Shown here one piece after another: positions 37,904 through 46,970 of a stretch of 64,000 nt of DNA. The DNA comes from Thermoplasmatales archaeon (GTDB lineage Archaea > Thermoplasmatota > E2 > DHVEG-1): NCBI GenBank assembly GCA_020350825.1, contig CP070724.1, positions 1,077,584 to 1,141,583 of the forward strand, given 5' to 3'. Within the stretch, counting starts at the first letter, position 1. Each line of letters opens with the position of its first letter. The position numbers were made by a program, and so were the translations under genes. The notes beneath the pieces are model-generated. The model did not search any database and had not been told where the DNA came from. It worked only from the letters and a program-made list of their open reading frames with translations.

Positions 37904-38040
37904 TATTCTTCCCCCATTTAATATATTCTAACTGTAAATATAAAATTTTCCATTAAAAGGTTGTACAATTGTGTGTTTGCATTGTAAATTTTAGACAAAT
38001 CACAAAATTTTAAATTGCATTTTAGAATCTAATCATAAAA
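37904..38040 (-). promoter_or_regulatory. ~135-bp upstream region shared with 17729..17862
   Basis: ATTCTTCCCCC..TTTTCCATTAAAAGGTTGTACAATTGTGTGTTT..AATCACAAAATTT..AATCATAAAA. Minus-strand TATA-like TTTATATTTA lies about 40 nt from ATG 37889. Confidence 0.6.
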
Positions 38041-38094
38041 CCTACTTGGTATGACAGTTGATATCCAACAAACTCTAATCTCAGAATATGATTA

Positions 38095-38118
38095 AACTCT
38101 TAGTCTATAATTTTTATC
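38095..38118 (+). repeat. copy of the dispersed intergenic motif
   Basis: AAACTCTTAGTCTATAATTTTTAT, preceded by TAATCATAAAAC (38030..38041) and AAACTCTAATCTCAG (38070..38084). Confidence 0.6.
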
Positions 38119-38198
38119 CTTATTCTATACTTAAACTCTGTTATAAACCTAAAGTACATTTGGTTTTTTCCCGGGTAGAAACCTAAAAATATCTTAAA

Positions 38199-38492
38199 TC
38201 ACTCAATTTTCTTCCCACATTTCCTACAGAACTTTGCATCGCTATCAAGCTCTGTCCCGCAATCTGAACAATGCATAGTCGTTGAGCGTGAACTTTGATC
38301 TACTGATTTCGCAAATGCTTTTGCCTTTTTTTCTATACGTTTGCCAAATTGCTCAGCCTTTCTACCAAATTCTTCAGCAAATTTATCAATATCCTTCTCA
38401 ATGGAACTATTCTTGGCTAAATAATTACCACATTTAGTACAGTATTGCGCATCATCATCATTTTTCTTCCCACATTCATTACAATATGACAT
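38199..38492 (-). CDS. double zinc-ribbon protein
   Basis: N-terminal YCNECGKKNDDDAQYCTKCG and C-terminal HCSDCGTELDSDAKFCRKCG, separated by a charged helix. Confidence 0.65.
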   Translation of the reverse strand: MSYCNECGKKNDDDAQYCTKCGNYLAKNSSIEKDIDKFAEEFGRKAEQFGKRIEKKAKAFAKSVDQSSRSTTMHCSDCGTELDSDAKFCRKCGKKIE

Positions 38493-38551
38493 TATTTAAC
38501 TCCCCTTTATCTAATATCATATAACTTGATGTTATTTAAAATATAAACGGT

Positions 38552-39220
38552 TTATTTTTTACCAAGAGGTGTAGTTACTAATTTTAATCCATAACTAATA
38601 AGAATAACAACAAAAAATATGACAATGAGATATGTTTCTATTACATGTGCTAAGGATGCCAGAATTGAAATATCCAATTCTGTGTCTATAACAACAAATA
38701 TTTTTGCAACTACCCAAAGTCCAATTATAAAGGTAACTGTTGATATACATGGTGAAATCCATTGATAATTTGTCTTATATTTTCTCAGTAAATACGTATT
38801 ATATGAGCTAATTAATATTGAAATATAAATTAAGAGCAAATAGTCATACAAAACACTACCTATTTTTCCAATAACAGCATAATCTTCCCCAACAGCAATC
38901 ATTCCCCATATGGCTATTCTTAAAATAATTATTACTAAGAATGAACCTATTAATGGACCAATTATCCCAAATGTTTTATCACTCCATTGTTCAAAAGATT
39001 TCCCTGGTCTTTCAAATCTATGTTCTATTCGTTTTCCAATTCTCTCTGCTGTTTCCTCAAACTTACTTGCAATTTTCTCAATTTTTTCTTCAACTGATTC
39101 ATCAACTTTCTTAGATTTTATTGAATCGGTAGTTTTTATATCAATTAATTCAGTTCCACATTTTTTACAATATTTAGCATCATCATCATTTTTCTTTCCG
39201 CATTCTGTACAATATGCCAT
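38552..39220 (-). CDS. zinc-ribbon membrane protein (paralogous N-terminus to the 38199..38492 product)
   Basis: YCTECGKKNDDDAKYCKKCG, a charged helix, then about 4 TM segments. Confidence 0.65.
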   Translation of the reverse strand: MAYCTECGKKNDDDAKYCKKCGTELIDIKTTDSIKSKKVDESVEEKIEKIASKFEETAERIGKRIEHRFERPGKSFEQWSDKTFGIIGPLIGSFLVIIILRIAIWGMIAVGEDYAVIGKIGSVLYDYLLLIYISILISSYNTYLLRKYKTNYQWISPCISTVTFIIGLWVVAKIFVVIDTELDISILASLAHVIETYLIVIFFVVILISYGLKLVTTPLGKK

Positions 39221-39346
39221 TTTTTAACTCCTCAATTACAATAATTAAAACTAGTATTGATTTATAAAGTTCTTTTTAAAATTTATTTAATCAAAATTCA
39301 TTAAAATAACTTGATATGACCGTAAAAAAAAATAAAAAAAGGTGTT

Positions 39347-40624
39347 TTACGCTAATGGATCACTGATACTACCCATGAAGAGTATCGATTCTGTTTGTTT
39401 ATGTTGAATGAGATACATAAAAGGATGATTACAATCAAAAACAATCCTTGGTGAACCACCATTCACAGTAGTGAGTTCCATAATTACTGCAGTTGCAGCT
39501 GCCGCCTCTGTTCCCTCTTCATTAACATCTATAAACGCCTTATGCAGAACTTTACTGATAAATAAATCCCTTCCGCCAGTGATGCCTGAGAAATCGGCGT
39601 CAGAGGTAAATGGGATATTCATTCCTAGATCAATAAGATAATCCCCTAACGAATAGGAGGTTTCAACCTTAAATTTTGGGAGATAGATATCCATCTTTGT
39701 TTCAACCATAGATCCAGTCCATTCTGAGAACATTTCGATATCAATTGTATCGATAGCAGTTGATAAATCATTGTTTTTCGGAAGTAGAATTATCATGGAT
39801 ATATCATCTCCTGTATAGGGTAATTCTAAAATCTGTAGATCATCAGTTTCAGTATAGTAAAAGACATCCTCGGTATCTATGAGGCTCATTGTCGGAGCTT
39901 CAACAGATGTTTCTGCATTAGTTTCAAACGTTCGATTGGTTGTATTCACGGGGTCAAACTGGGTTTTCCAGATGCCTTTGAAATAGATAGCGTTGGTGAG
40001 TATCAACGCGGTAAGAGGACTTATCGCATCCGCTGTTATGAGATCCTTTATTAATCCATTCGTGTGGTTTTCAACCCATTGATTGATAATCGCTGCGGCT
40101 TCTGTAGGATTTGAATAATCTACCTCGGTGGCATCTCCACCATAATACTCTCGTATAACATTTAGATATGCTTCAAGAAGCTGAAGGTTTTCTTTTACCC
40201 ACAAGGCATTCGCAGTGCTAATGTTATACTCCTCGTTTTTCGTATTGAGCACTTCATAGAGGTTTTTCATATAAATGTGAAAGGATTCATTATCCTGCTT
40301 AACATTGAGTACGCTCGCCATTTCCTTAGCTGTTTCACCTCTAGCACCCTCATAGGTCATAGCAAGAGCAGTAAAAATACTGTAGGGTGAGATAAATAGA
40401 TTACCTTCATTTACCTCATGTACTTCTCTAAAAATATCAAATGCAAAGGAATTAACAGCATCATGAAAAGAAAGATTACCAAGTGGAGTTGGCTCTTCAT
40501 CATCCGGTATTATATCTTCATCGATAATATCTGAACCTGGTTGGTTCTGAAGTACTGCTACAAAAACAGCTGCAGATATAATGATGAATACCGCTAGGAT
40601 TGAGACAATATATTTTAATTTCAT
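39347..40624 (-). CDS. serpin (serine protease inhibitor) with an N-terminal membrane anchor
   Basis: NLFISPYSIFTALAMTYEGARGETAKEM, hinge EEGTEAAAATAV, FDCNHPFMYLI. N-terminal TM helix. Confidence 0.9.
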   Translation of the reverse strand: MKLKYIVSILAVFIIISAAVFVAVLQNQPGSDIIDEDIIPDDEEPTPLGNLSFHDAVNSFAFDIFREVHEVNEGNLFISPYSIFTALAMTYEGARGETAKEMASVLNVKQDNESFHIYMKNLYEVLNTKNEEYNISTANALWVKENLQLLEAYLNVIREYYGGDATEVDYSNPTEAAAIINQWVENHTNGLIKDLITADAISPLTALILTNAIYFKGIWKTQFDPVNTTNRTFETNAETSVEAPTMSLIDTEDVFYYTETDDLQILELPYTGDDISMIILLPKNNDLSTAIDTIDIEMFSEWTGSMVETKMDIYLPKFKVETSYSLGDYLIDLGMNIPFTSDADFSGITGGRDLFISKVLHKAFIDVNEEGTEAAAATAVIMELTTVNGGSPRIVFDCNHPFMYLIQHKQTESILFMGSISDPLA

Positions 40625-40855
40625 TTTTCGTTCACTAATTTTCTGTATAATCTGTTATACTATTTAAAAGTCTTGAAGATGTTCGGAAAAAACCAAAAGA
40701 AAAACACTACTAGACTACTAGTCATGATTTATTATATATTGAAGACACTAATCATTATAACCTTATTACTATAGTAAATGACCTTTAAAGCCCAGATAAA
40801 TCAAAACAAAGGCAAAAAACTTCTGTTTCACATGAAACTCTCCGAGAATATAGTA

Positions 40856-40928
40856 TGGGCCCGCCGAGATTTGAACTCGGGTTACCAGCACCCCAAGCTG
40901 GAAGGATGCCAAGCTACCCCACGGGCCC
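40856..40928 (-). tRNA. tRNA-Pro (anticodon GGG), CCA not encoded
   Basis: The reverse complement GGGCCCGTGGGGTAGCTTGGCATCCTTCCAGCTTGGGGTGCTGGTAACCCGAGTTCAAATCTCGGCGGGCCCA folds as a cloverleaf. 7-bp acceptor stem; anticodon stem CCAGC/GCTGG with loop TTGGGGT; T-arm CCGAG-TTCAAAT-CTCGG. Confidence 0.9.
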
Positions 40929-40947
40929 AGAGATGAGCCTATGAATC

Positions 40948-40960
40948 TAATTTTTATTGA
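40948..40960 (-). promoter_or_regulatory. TATA-like box for tRNA-Pro
   Basis: Minus strand TCAATAAAAATTA, centred about 26 nt upstream of the tRNA 5' end. Confidence 0.5.
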
Positions 40961-41019
40961 AAAACTTATTTGTAGATTTCGGAAAGATTTAATATTGTAT
41001 TTTGGATGAGTTCTCATTC

Positions 41020-41331
41020 ATGGATGCGACCGATATATTAGGTTTAACAGCGGGGGCCATAACATCTTTAGGCTTCATACCCCAATTGATTCGAGGTTAT
41101 AGAACCAAGAAACTTGATGATGTATCATATTATATGCCAATGACATTAGCATTTGGTATGACGTTGTGGTTGATCTACGGCATTGTTGTAGAAAAGTTAC
41201 CTATAATTGTAGCAAATGGTTTCGGAATCAGCTGCTGTTTCATTCTCATTATTATGAAAAGGATATACTCCCCTGCATATACTATGGTACCAGATACAAA
41301 TGGAGAAGAACCGCCTAGGGAGGAAAAATGA
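41020..41331 (+). CDS. SemiSWEET / PQ-loop small transporter
   Basis: Three TM helices. LGLTAGAITSLGFIPQLIRGYRTKK (PQ motif). Start taken at Met-7 of the track ORF. Confidence 0.65.
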   Translation: MDATDILGLTAGAITSLGFIPQLIRGYRTKKLDDVSYYMPMTLAFGMTLWLIYGIVVEKLPIIVANGFGISCCFILIIMKRIYSPAYTMVPDTNGEEPPREEK

Positions 41332-42323
41332 AAGATAACCTTCCAAAGGGACCATTTAGTTTCCTTTTATCTTGGCGACCTTTTCCAATTTATGAACTTG
41401 TAAGTTATGTACTAATGTTTGCTAGTGTACCAATGTTGGCATATGGATTGCATACATATGATTGGGAGATTATAAAAACAATTATTTTAACGATATTAGC
41501 CCTCTATTCTGGTTTCCTTGCAGCACTTATATGGAATGATATTACAGATATTGATATTGATGCTGTTGTACACCCAGATCGGCCGCTGCCCAGAGGTAGG
41601 ATAAGTTCAAAAAAATTCTTTATGGTAGCACTAATATTTTCGGCTATGACGTTTACGTTTTCAATTCTCGTTAGCATATGGTGCTTCATATTAGTTGGAG
41701 CAGCAGCCTTATTTGTAACATTTCATAATAAATACCTGAAAAAAATTGTAAAGATCCCTGCATACTCTGAAATCTTTACTCCCTTACAGTGGGTTGTCGT
41801 TGCGATATTTGGATTTCTTGCGATATGGACCGTACTTCCACAAACTGCAGATTTTATTTTCACATTGCCGTTATTTGGAACCATTTCAACAAGTGGTTCA
41901 GAGATTCAAAATATGATCCTTCTTGTTCTTTTTACATACTTAGCAGATAACGCTCATGATTTACCAGAAGGAATACATGATGTGGAAGGAGACCGTAAAC
42001 TAGGAGTAAAAACATACGCAACATCTTTTGGAGAAAAAACTGCAGCAAAAATATCCTTCTCCATGTTTGTACTTTCAGGTGTATTAGGTGTATTACTTTA
42101 CATAAGAACACTACTTTCTCCAATATTCTTGGTATTGTTTCTAATAGTATGGATACTAACACTACGTTGGTATTATAAACTCTTAAAATTTGAGGAGAAA
42201 GATAGGGCGGAGTTGGGAAAAATTGTTGGGAGAAAAGGCTACGACTATCTTCTTATGGTATATAATTTAGTATTTTTAGATGTAATATTACAAGTTATTA
42301 ACTTTCACTATAACATAGTTTGA
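41328..42323 (+). CDS. UbiA-family prenyltransferase
   Basis: NDITDIDIDAVVHPDRPLPRGRIS and a second Asp-rich motif DNAHDLPEGIHDVEGDRKLGVKTYA. 8-9 TM. ATGA overlap with the SemiSWEET gene. Confidence 0.85.
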   Translation: MKDNLPKGPFSFLLSWRPFPIYELVSYVLMFASVPMLAYGLHTYDWEIIKTIILTILALYSGFLAALIWNDITDIDIDAVVHPDRPLPRGRISSKKFFMVALIFSAMTFTFSILVSIWCFILVGAAALFVTFHNKYLKKIVKIPAYSEIFTPLQWVVVAIFGFLAIWTVLPQTADFIFTLPLFGTISTSGSEIQNMILLVLFTYLADNAHDLPEGIHDVEGDRKLGVKTYATSFGEKTAAKISFSMFVLSGVLGVLLYIRTLLSPIFLVLFLIVWILTLRWYYKLLKFEEKDRAELGKIVGRKGYDYLLMVYNLVFLDVILQVINFHYNIV

Positions 42324-42344
42324 GTTTTTTAAAATGAACCTGCA

Positions 42345-43262
42345 CTAACTCAATAATTTCGTCATTAATGCCATTTGTGTCCACATGCGATTTTCAGCCT
42401 CATCAATAATCACAGATTGGTTTCCATGAGCCAATTCTTTTGTAACTTCCTCTCCATAATATATAGGCATACAATGCATGAAAATAGCATCTTTCTTGGC
42501 TTTATTCATAATATCTTGTGTTATTGTATATTCTTTTAAATCATCCATTATTTGTTGTCTTTCTTTTTCATACCAGAGCGATACCCATGTGTCCGTAGCT
42601 ATTATGTCAGCGTTTTTAACGGCATCAATATCATCTGTTATAGTTACTTGTAGGTTTTTCTTTTCAGCTATCTTATTTGCCTGGTCAACGAAGTAATTTG
42701 ATGGCCAATGTTTCTTGTGCGAAATAACAGTTACATTCATTCCAACAGATGTACATCCTAGGAGGTAGGAATGCGTTAGGTTGTCGTCTCCATCTCCAAT
42801 GAAAACAAAATTCAGCCCATATAACCGTCCTTTGTTTTCTTTAATAGTCATCAGATCAGCTAGTATCTGGCAGGGATGTTCATCTATATCTAGCCCGTTT
42901 ATTACAGGAACAGTAGCATGTTTGGCAAGTTCATGTAAATCTTCTTTATTTAACGGTCTATACATTATGATGTCGGCGTATCTTGATAAAACCAAAGCAA
43001 TATCTTCAACGGATTCTCTCTGACCTATTTTGATATCATCTTTGTTTAGAAATACTGCATGACCACCCAATAGGATCGTACCTACTTCAAAAGAAGCTCT
43101 GGTTCGTGTCGACGCTCTTTCGAATATCATAGCAAGTATTTTACCCTTCAAATATTGAAACGTTTGACCATTTGTAGCATCTTGTTTTAATTTGATTCCT
43201 AGATCAATGATGTCTTCTATGTCATCTTTGACATCTAATATGGAGAGCACGTTTTTTTTCAT
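42345..43262 (-). CDS. ornithine-carbamoyltransferase-family protein with an atypical substrate loop
   Basis: STRTR, HPCQILADL, HCMP. The usual DxWxSMG is DTWVSLW here. Confidence 0.75.
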   Translation of the reverse strand: MKKNVLSILDVKDDIEDIIDLGIKLKQDATNGQTFQYLKGKILAMIFERASTRTRASFEVGTILLGGHAVFLNKDDIKIGQRESVEDIALVLSRYADIIMYRPLNKEDLHELAKHATVPVINGLDIDEHPCQILADLMTIKENKGRLYGLNFVFIGDGDDNLTHSYLLGCTSVGMNVTVISHKKHWPSNYFVDQANKIAEKKNLQVTITDDIDAVKNADIIATDTWVSLWYEKERQQIMDDLKEYTITQDIMNKAKKDAIFMHCMPIYYGEEVTKELAHGNQSVIIDEAENRMWTQMALMTKLLS

Positions 43263-43412
43263 AGATCCTGACAGGTGAAAAGCCCCTACTGTATTAAAAT
43301 CTTTAGTATTCCCTTCTGTTCATCTATATGATGCAATCCTAAAAAGTTATCTTCTCATATGGGAGTTTGAGCCTTGTAAACTGATTTAGATGCACATAAG
43401 TATTTCTGGCTT

Positions 43413-44741
43413 TTAGAATTTATTTGAGTGTATTCTTAAACCATCAATCCTCTCAAAGTGAAGTTTTATTTTCGGTGAAGGGGCTAATTGTAATTTTTTA
43501 GTTATTTTTTTTCTAAAGAAATGAGACTCGAAATCCATTGAAATTCCAACGCCTTTAGGTGGCAGGAAAAAATTTATTTTCAATTTATTATGTCCGATAA
43601 CTGAGATCTGCCGCTGTGGTTCAATTTTACAAATCCCTGAGAGCTTTATCGTTTCTACACCATTAGAGTAATAGCCTTCTACTATACCTGGCCCTTCACA
43701 AACAGCAAGTCCGATCCAATGTGCTTTTGAATGGGGAAATTGTCTCACATATTCTCTTGGCTCGTTGGTCATCTTGAAGGTCAGATGTAGTTTTTCTTTT
43801 CCCTTCTTAGCAGTAATTTCAAGTTCTAAAGGATAATAAAAATCATACTCATTGGCATATTTTGTTTTTTTATATTGAAAAGTGATATCACAGAATTCGG
43901 TATATGTTTTTCCATCCTTAGAGAAGATCAAAGATCCCATTGCTGGGCCGCCCATTATCCAAAACATCAAATTTCCATAGAATAAAGTCCATCCATTATC
44001 AAATAATGCCCATACCCAGTCATAACCAAATGGGTTATTTTCTGTACTAAATGTTATAGAAGAGGGGATACGTATTGTATGATTACGAATCCACCATCCA
44101 AAAAGCTTTGCATAGGTTACTATGGTTTTTGCCAAACCGGACGCATTTGTTAGTGGATTTTCATACAAAAAATCTCCCCATACATGTTCAAAATATCCTG
44201 TCCCTTCAATGGTAAACGTTTTATCTTTTATCTTCATGGTTCCAGTGAGTTGATTTTTGGGAATGAATCCGTATCTAAAGAAACCCAGACCCATAGGGAG
44301 CCAACCATTAGTGATGTCTTGAGCAATCCAACGAGGATATGATTCAGCTAGGTACTTGAGATCTATTTCAATATCATTTTCCGGGTCACTAAAATGCATT
44401 TCATAGTTAGGGAACCCTCCTTTCATAAATGAATTGTCATAGCTTACATTAAAGCTATCTTTGGCTGATTTTAATTTAACTGAATCGCTACGTGAATAGT
44501 GAATAAAATGTTTATTATTTACTTGATCAAAAAGAGTCATATTGGAAATATAACCAATTTTTGGTTTGTTAAACCATTCGTTAAATGTTACTTTTAAATT
44601 CCATTTCTTATTGTCCTCGACTGATTTGAAGAACGCTTCGGCACACCACCACTCTATTAGGGTTGGAAAATGTTCTCTTTCATCATCATCTGTCCAAGGA
44701 TTTAAAATGCTATTTCTATCTATCATTGTTCGACCTATCAT
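43413..44741 (-). CDS. CrtC/AttH-like (hydroxyneurosporene-synthase-type hydratase fold) protein, copy 1
   Basis: DDDEREHFPTLIEWWCAEAFF resembles the HP..EWWY core of CrtC/AttH. Close paralogue of 54072..55388. Confidence 0.6.
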   Translation of the reverse strand: MIGRTMIDRNSILNPWTDDDEREHFPTLIEWWCAEAFFKSVEDNKKWNLKVTFNEWFNKPKIGYISNMTLFDQVNNKHFIHYSRSDSVKLKSAKDSFNVSYDNSFMKGGFPNYEMHFSDPENDIEIDLKYLAESYPRWIAQDITNGWLPMGLGFFRYGFIPKNQLTGTMKIKDKTFTIEGTGYFEHVWGDFLYENPLTNASGLAKTIVTYAKLFGWWIRNHTIRIPSSITFSTENNPFGYDWVWALFDNGWTLFYGNLMFWIMGGPAMGSLIFSKDGKTYTEFCDITFQYKKTKYANEYDFYYPLELEITAKKGKEKLHLTFKMTNEPREYVRQFPHSKAHWIGLAVCEGPGIVEGYYSNGVETIKLSGICKIEPQRQISVIGHNKLKINFFLPPKGVGISMDFESHFFRKKITKKLQLAPSPKIKLHFERIDGLRIHSNKF

Positions 44742-44949
44742 TTCATTGGACTATTAAATATTTTTTAGAGATTTATAAACGGCAAATCCATTGTGATATA
44801 GATACCAATAAGAAAAAGATATGAAAACACAGAAAATATCAAATATCTAAAAATTAGAATTTCGCATAAGTCGCCTAAAGAGCAGGTTTGTACCGACGAT
44901 AATAAAAACTTTAAATCACATAAACTTACTCATCATTGTCCTAATAAAG

Positions 44950-45954
44950 GTGTCAATATTGAAAGCAATTTCAAAATCAAATTTTACTATTAAAGATAAA
45001 CTTTTTGCTCATTTGGAGACATGGAGACCATATACTGTATTATGGTGTGGACTTGTCAGTTTAGCAGGATCATGCATTGCCTTTGGTAATTTTCCTCCTT
45101 TAAAAATTGCAATTCTAGCTTTATTTGTACCTATGATGGGTTGGACGGCAGGACTATATCTTGCAGATTTTATAGATAGAAAACTAGATGCTATACAGAA
45201 ACCACATAGACCTATTCCCTCAGGTAGAATTAAACCAATGGAAGCACTTGCAATAGGTGGTATATTTGCAATAACCGGATTTATCCTATCGTTTCTACTT
45301 AGTCTAAACAATATCATACTGGTATTTATAGTGGCACTCCTCGTACTTTTTTATTCAAAAATTTCAAAATCCCGAGGGATAATAGGAAACTTTAATAGAG
45401 GAATAGTTACGGTTACTGCATATCTTTTTGGAGTGTTTTCTATAAACCAACCTTTACAATCAATTCCCATCTACATCTGGTTACTAGCAATTGTATTCCT
45501 GTTTCATGATACCAACAGCAATCTTGTTGGTGCGATAAGAGATCAGGAGGGGGATAAAAAAGGAGGTTACATAACTATACCTGTAAAATATGGAATTAAA
45601 AAATCTATATTCATTTCACTAGCTTTAACTATTTTTTGGTTTTTCCTTGCACTGTTCTTACCTTATTATTTTGAATTTTTAAAAATCGAATTTTATCTGG
45701 TAATGATAATTGACGCTCTAATTTTAATCTACCTCTATATTTACTTATTTAAGTCAATAAAAAAATATTCAAGAGAAAAAGCCTTAAAATTTCATGAATT
45801 CTTTGTAATAGAACGCATAACTCTAGCATCAGCTTTCATATTTGGTATTGTAAATATCTACATTGGAGTGATTATTTACCTCGACGCGCTTCTGGTTACT
45901 ATCGCTTCCCAATATTTACTTAGAAAAAGATATGAATTCAAGGAGAAATCATAA
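44950..45954 (+). CDS. UbiA-family prenyltransferase
   Basis: ADFIDRKLDAIQKPHRPIPSGRI and HDTNSNLVGAIRDQEGDKKGGYITIPVKYG. Multi-TM. Confidence 0.85.
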   Translation: MSILKAISKSNFTIKDKLFAHLETWRPYTVLWCGLVSLAGSCIAFGNFPPLKIAILALFVPMMGWTAGLYLADFIDRKLDAIQKPHRPIPSGRIKPMEALAIGGIFAITGFILSFLLSLNNIILVFIVALLVLFYSKISKSRGIIGNFNRGIVTVTAYLFGVFSINQPLQSIPIYIWLLAIVFLFHDTNSNLVGAIRDQEGDKKGGYITIPVKYGIKKSIFISLALTIFWFFLALFLPYYFEFLKIEFYLVMIIDALILIYLYIYLFKSIKKYSREKALKFHEFFVIERITLASAFIFGIVNIYIGVIIYLDALLVTIASQYLLRKRYEFKEKS

Positions 45955-46895
45955 TGAAATGTCTTGTTACTGGTGCAGTGGGTTTTATTGGAGATGCATT
46001 GGTAAAAAGACTGGTTAAAGAGGGATATGAGGTAATAGGACTAATTCATAAAGCGAAACCGAAAAATTACGAAAATTCAGAATATGTAGAAGGTGATATA
46101 ACAGAAATTGATTCCATTAAGCCTTTTGTTAAGAATGCTGATTTTATTTTTCACTGTGCTGCGACAGTAAAAGACTACGGTCCTAAGGAGATTTTTTATA
46201 AAGTAAATCTTGAAGGCACAAAAAATCTTGTTAAAGCGTCTGAAGAATTTGGAATTAAAAAATTCATTTTTCTGAGTCATATCAGACATAAATCTGAAAA
46301 AAGTGTTGGATATTATAGCGAAACAAAGGCACTAGCTGAACAATACCTCCTAGAAAAATTTAAACAAAATGGTTTTCCAGTGATCATTATTCGCCCAGGA
46401 AATGTATATGGTCCTGGAGCAACGACGTGGGTTCTAAGACCTCTTAAATCTATTCAAAAAAATCGGATCTCCTTAGTAGATCATGGAAATGGTATTTTCC
46501 TGCATACCTATATTGACAATCTATTAGATGCGATAATCACTGCATTGAAAGAGCCAAAGGCTCTTGGTGAAACAATAGATATTACTGATGGAGATAATAA
46601 TACCACCTGGTGTGAATATCTTAACACCATTGCGAAAATGGCTGGTAAGTCCGATATTAAAAAGAACATGTCGAAGAAAAATGCGTTGTTTATTGGTAAA
46701 CTGATGATATTGTTGAATAGAGTATTTAGAATTGATCCATGGATTACTCCAATGGCTGCCCTAGTTCTAGCTAATCAGAATAAAGTTTCGATAGAAAAAG
46801 CAAGATCTTTGTTAGGATACGAGCCCAAAGTAGATTTTCATGAAGGAATAAAACAAGTTGAAAATTGGCTTAGAAAAGAAAATTATATATCTTAA
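45954..46895 (+). CDS. NAD-dependent epimerase/dehydratase (extended SDR)
   Basis: VTGAVGFIGDALVKRL, YSETKALAE (YxxxK). TAATG overlap with the upstream UbiA gene, and AAGGAG RBS. Confidence 0.85.
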   Translation: MKCLVTGAVGFIGDALVKRLVKEGYEVIGLIHKAKPKNYENSEYVEGDITEIDSIKPFVKNADFIFHCAATVKDYGPKEIFYKVNLEGTKNLVKASEEFGIKKFIFLSHIRHKSEKSVGYYSETKALAEQYLLEKFKQNGFPVIIIRPGNVYGPGATTWVLRPLKSIQKNRISLVDHGNGIFLHTYIDNLLDAIITALKEPKALGETIDITDGDNNTTWCEYLNTIAKMAGKSDIKKNMSKKNALFIGKLMILLNRVFRIDPWITPMAALVLANQNKVSIEKARSLLGYEPKVDFHEGIKQVENWLRKENYIS

Positions 46896-46970
46896 TAAAG
46901 CTACAATATGATTTCACTAATCATATATGAGAACAATTAAATCATTTTACAAATAACTCTAATCGTAATT

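Noticed and set aside
40769-41017. 82-aa minus-strand ORF.
   Set aside because: It runs straight through the tRNA-Pro gene and its promoter, and the translation has no protein-like features.
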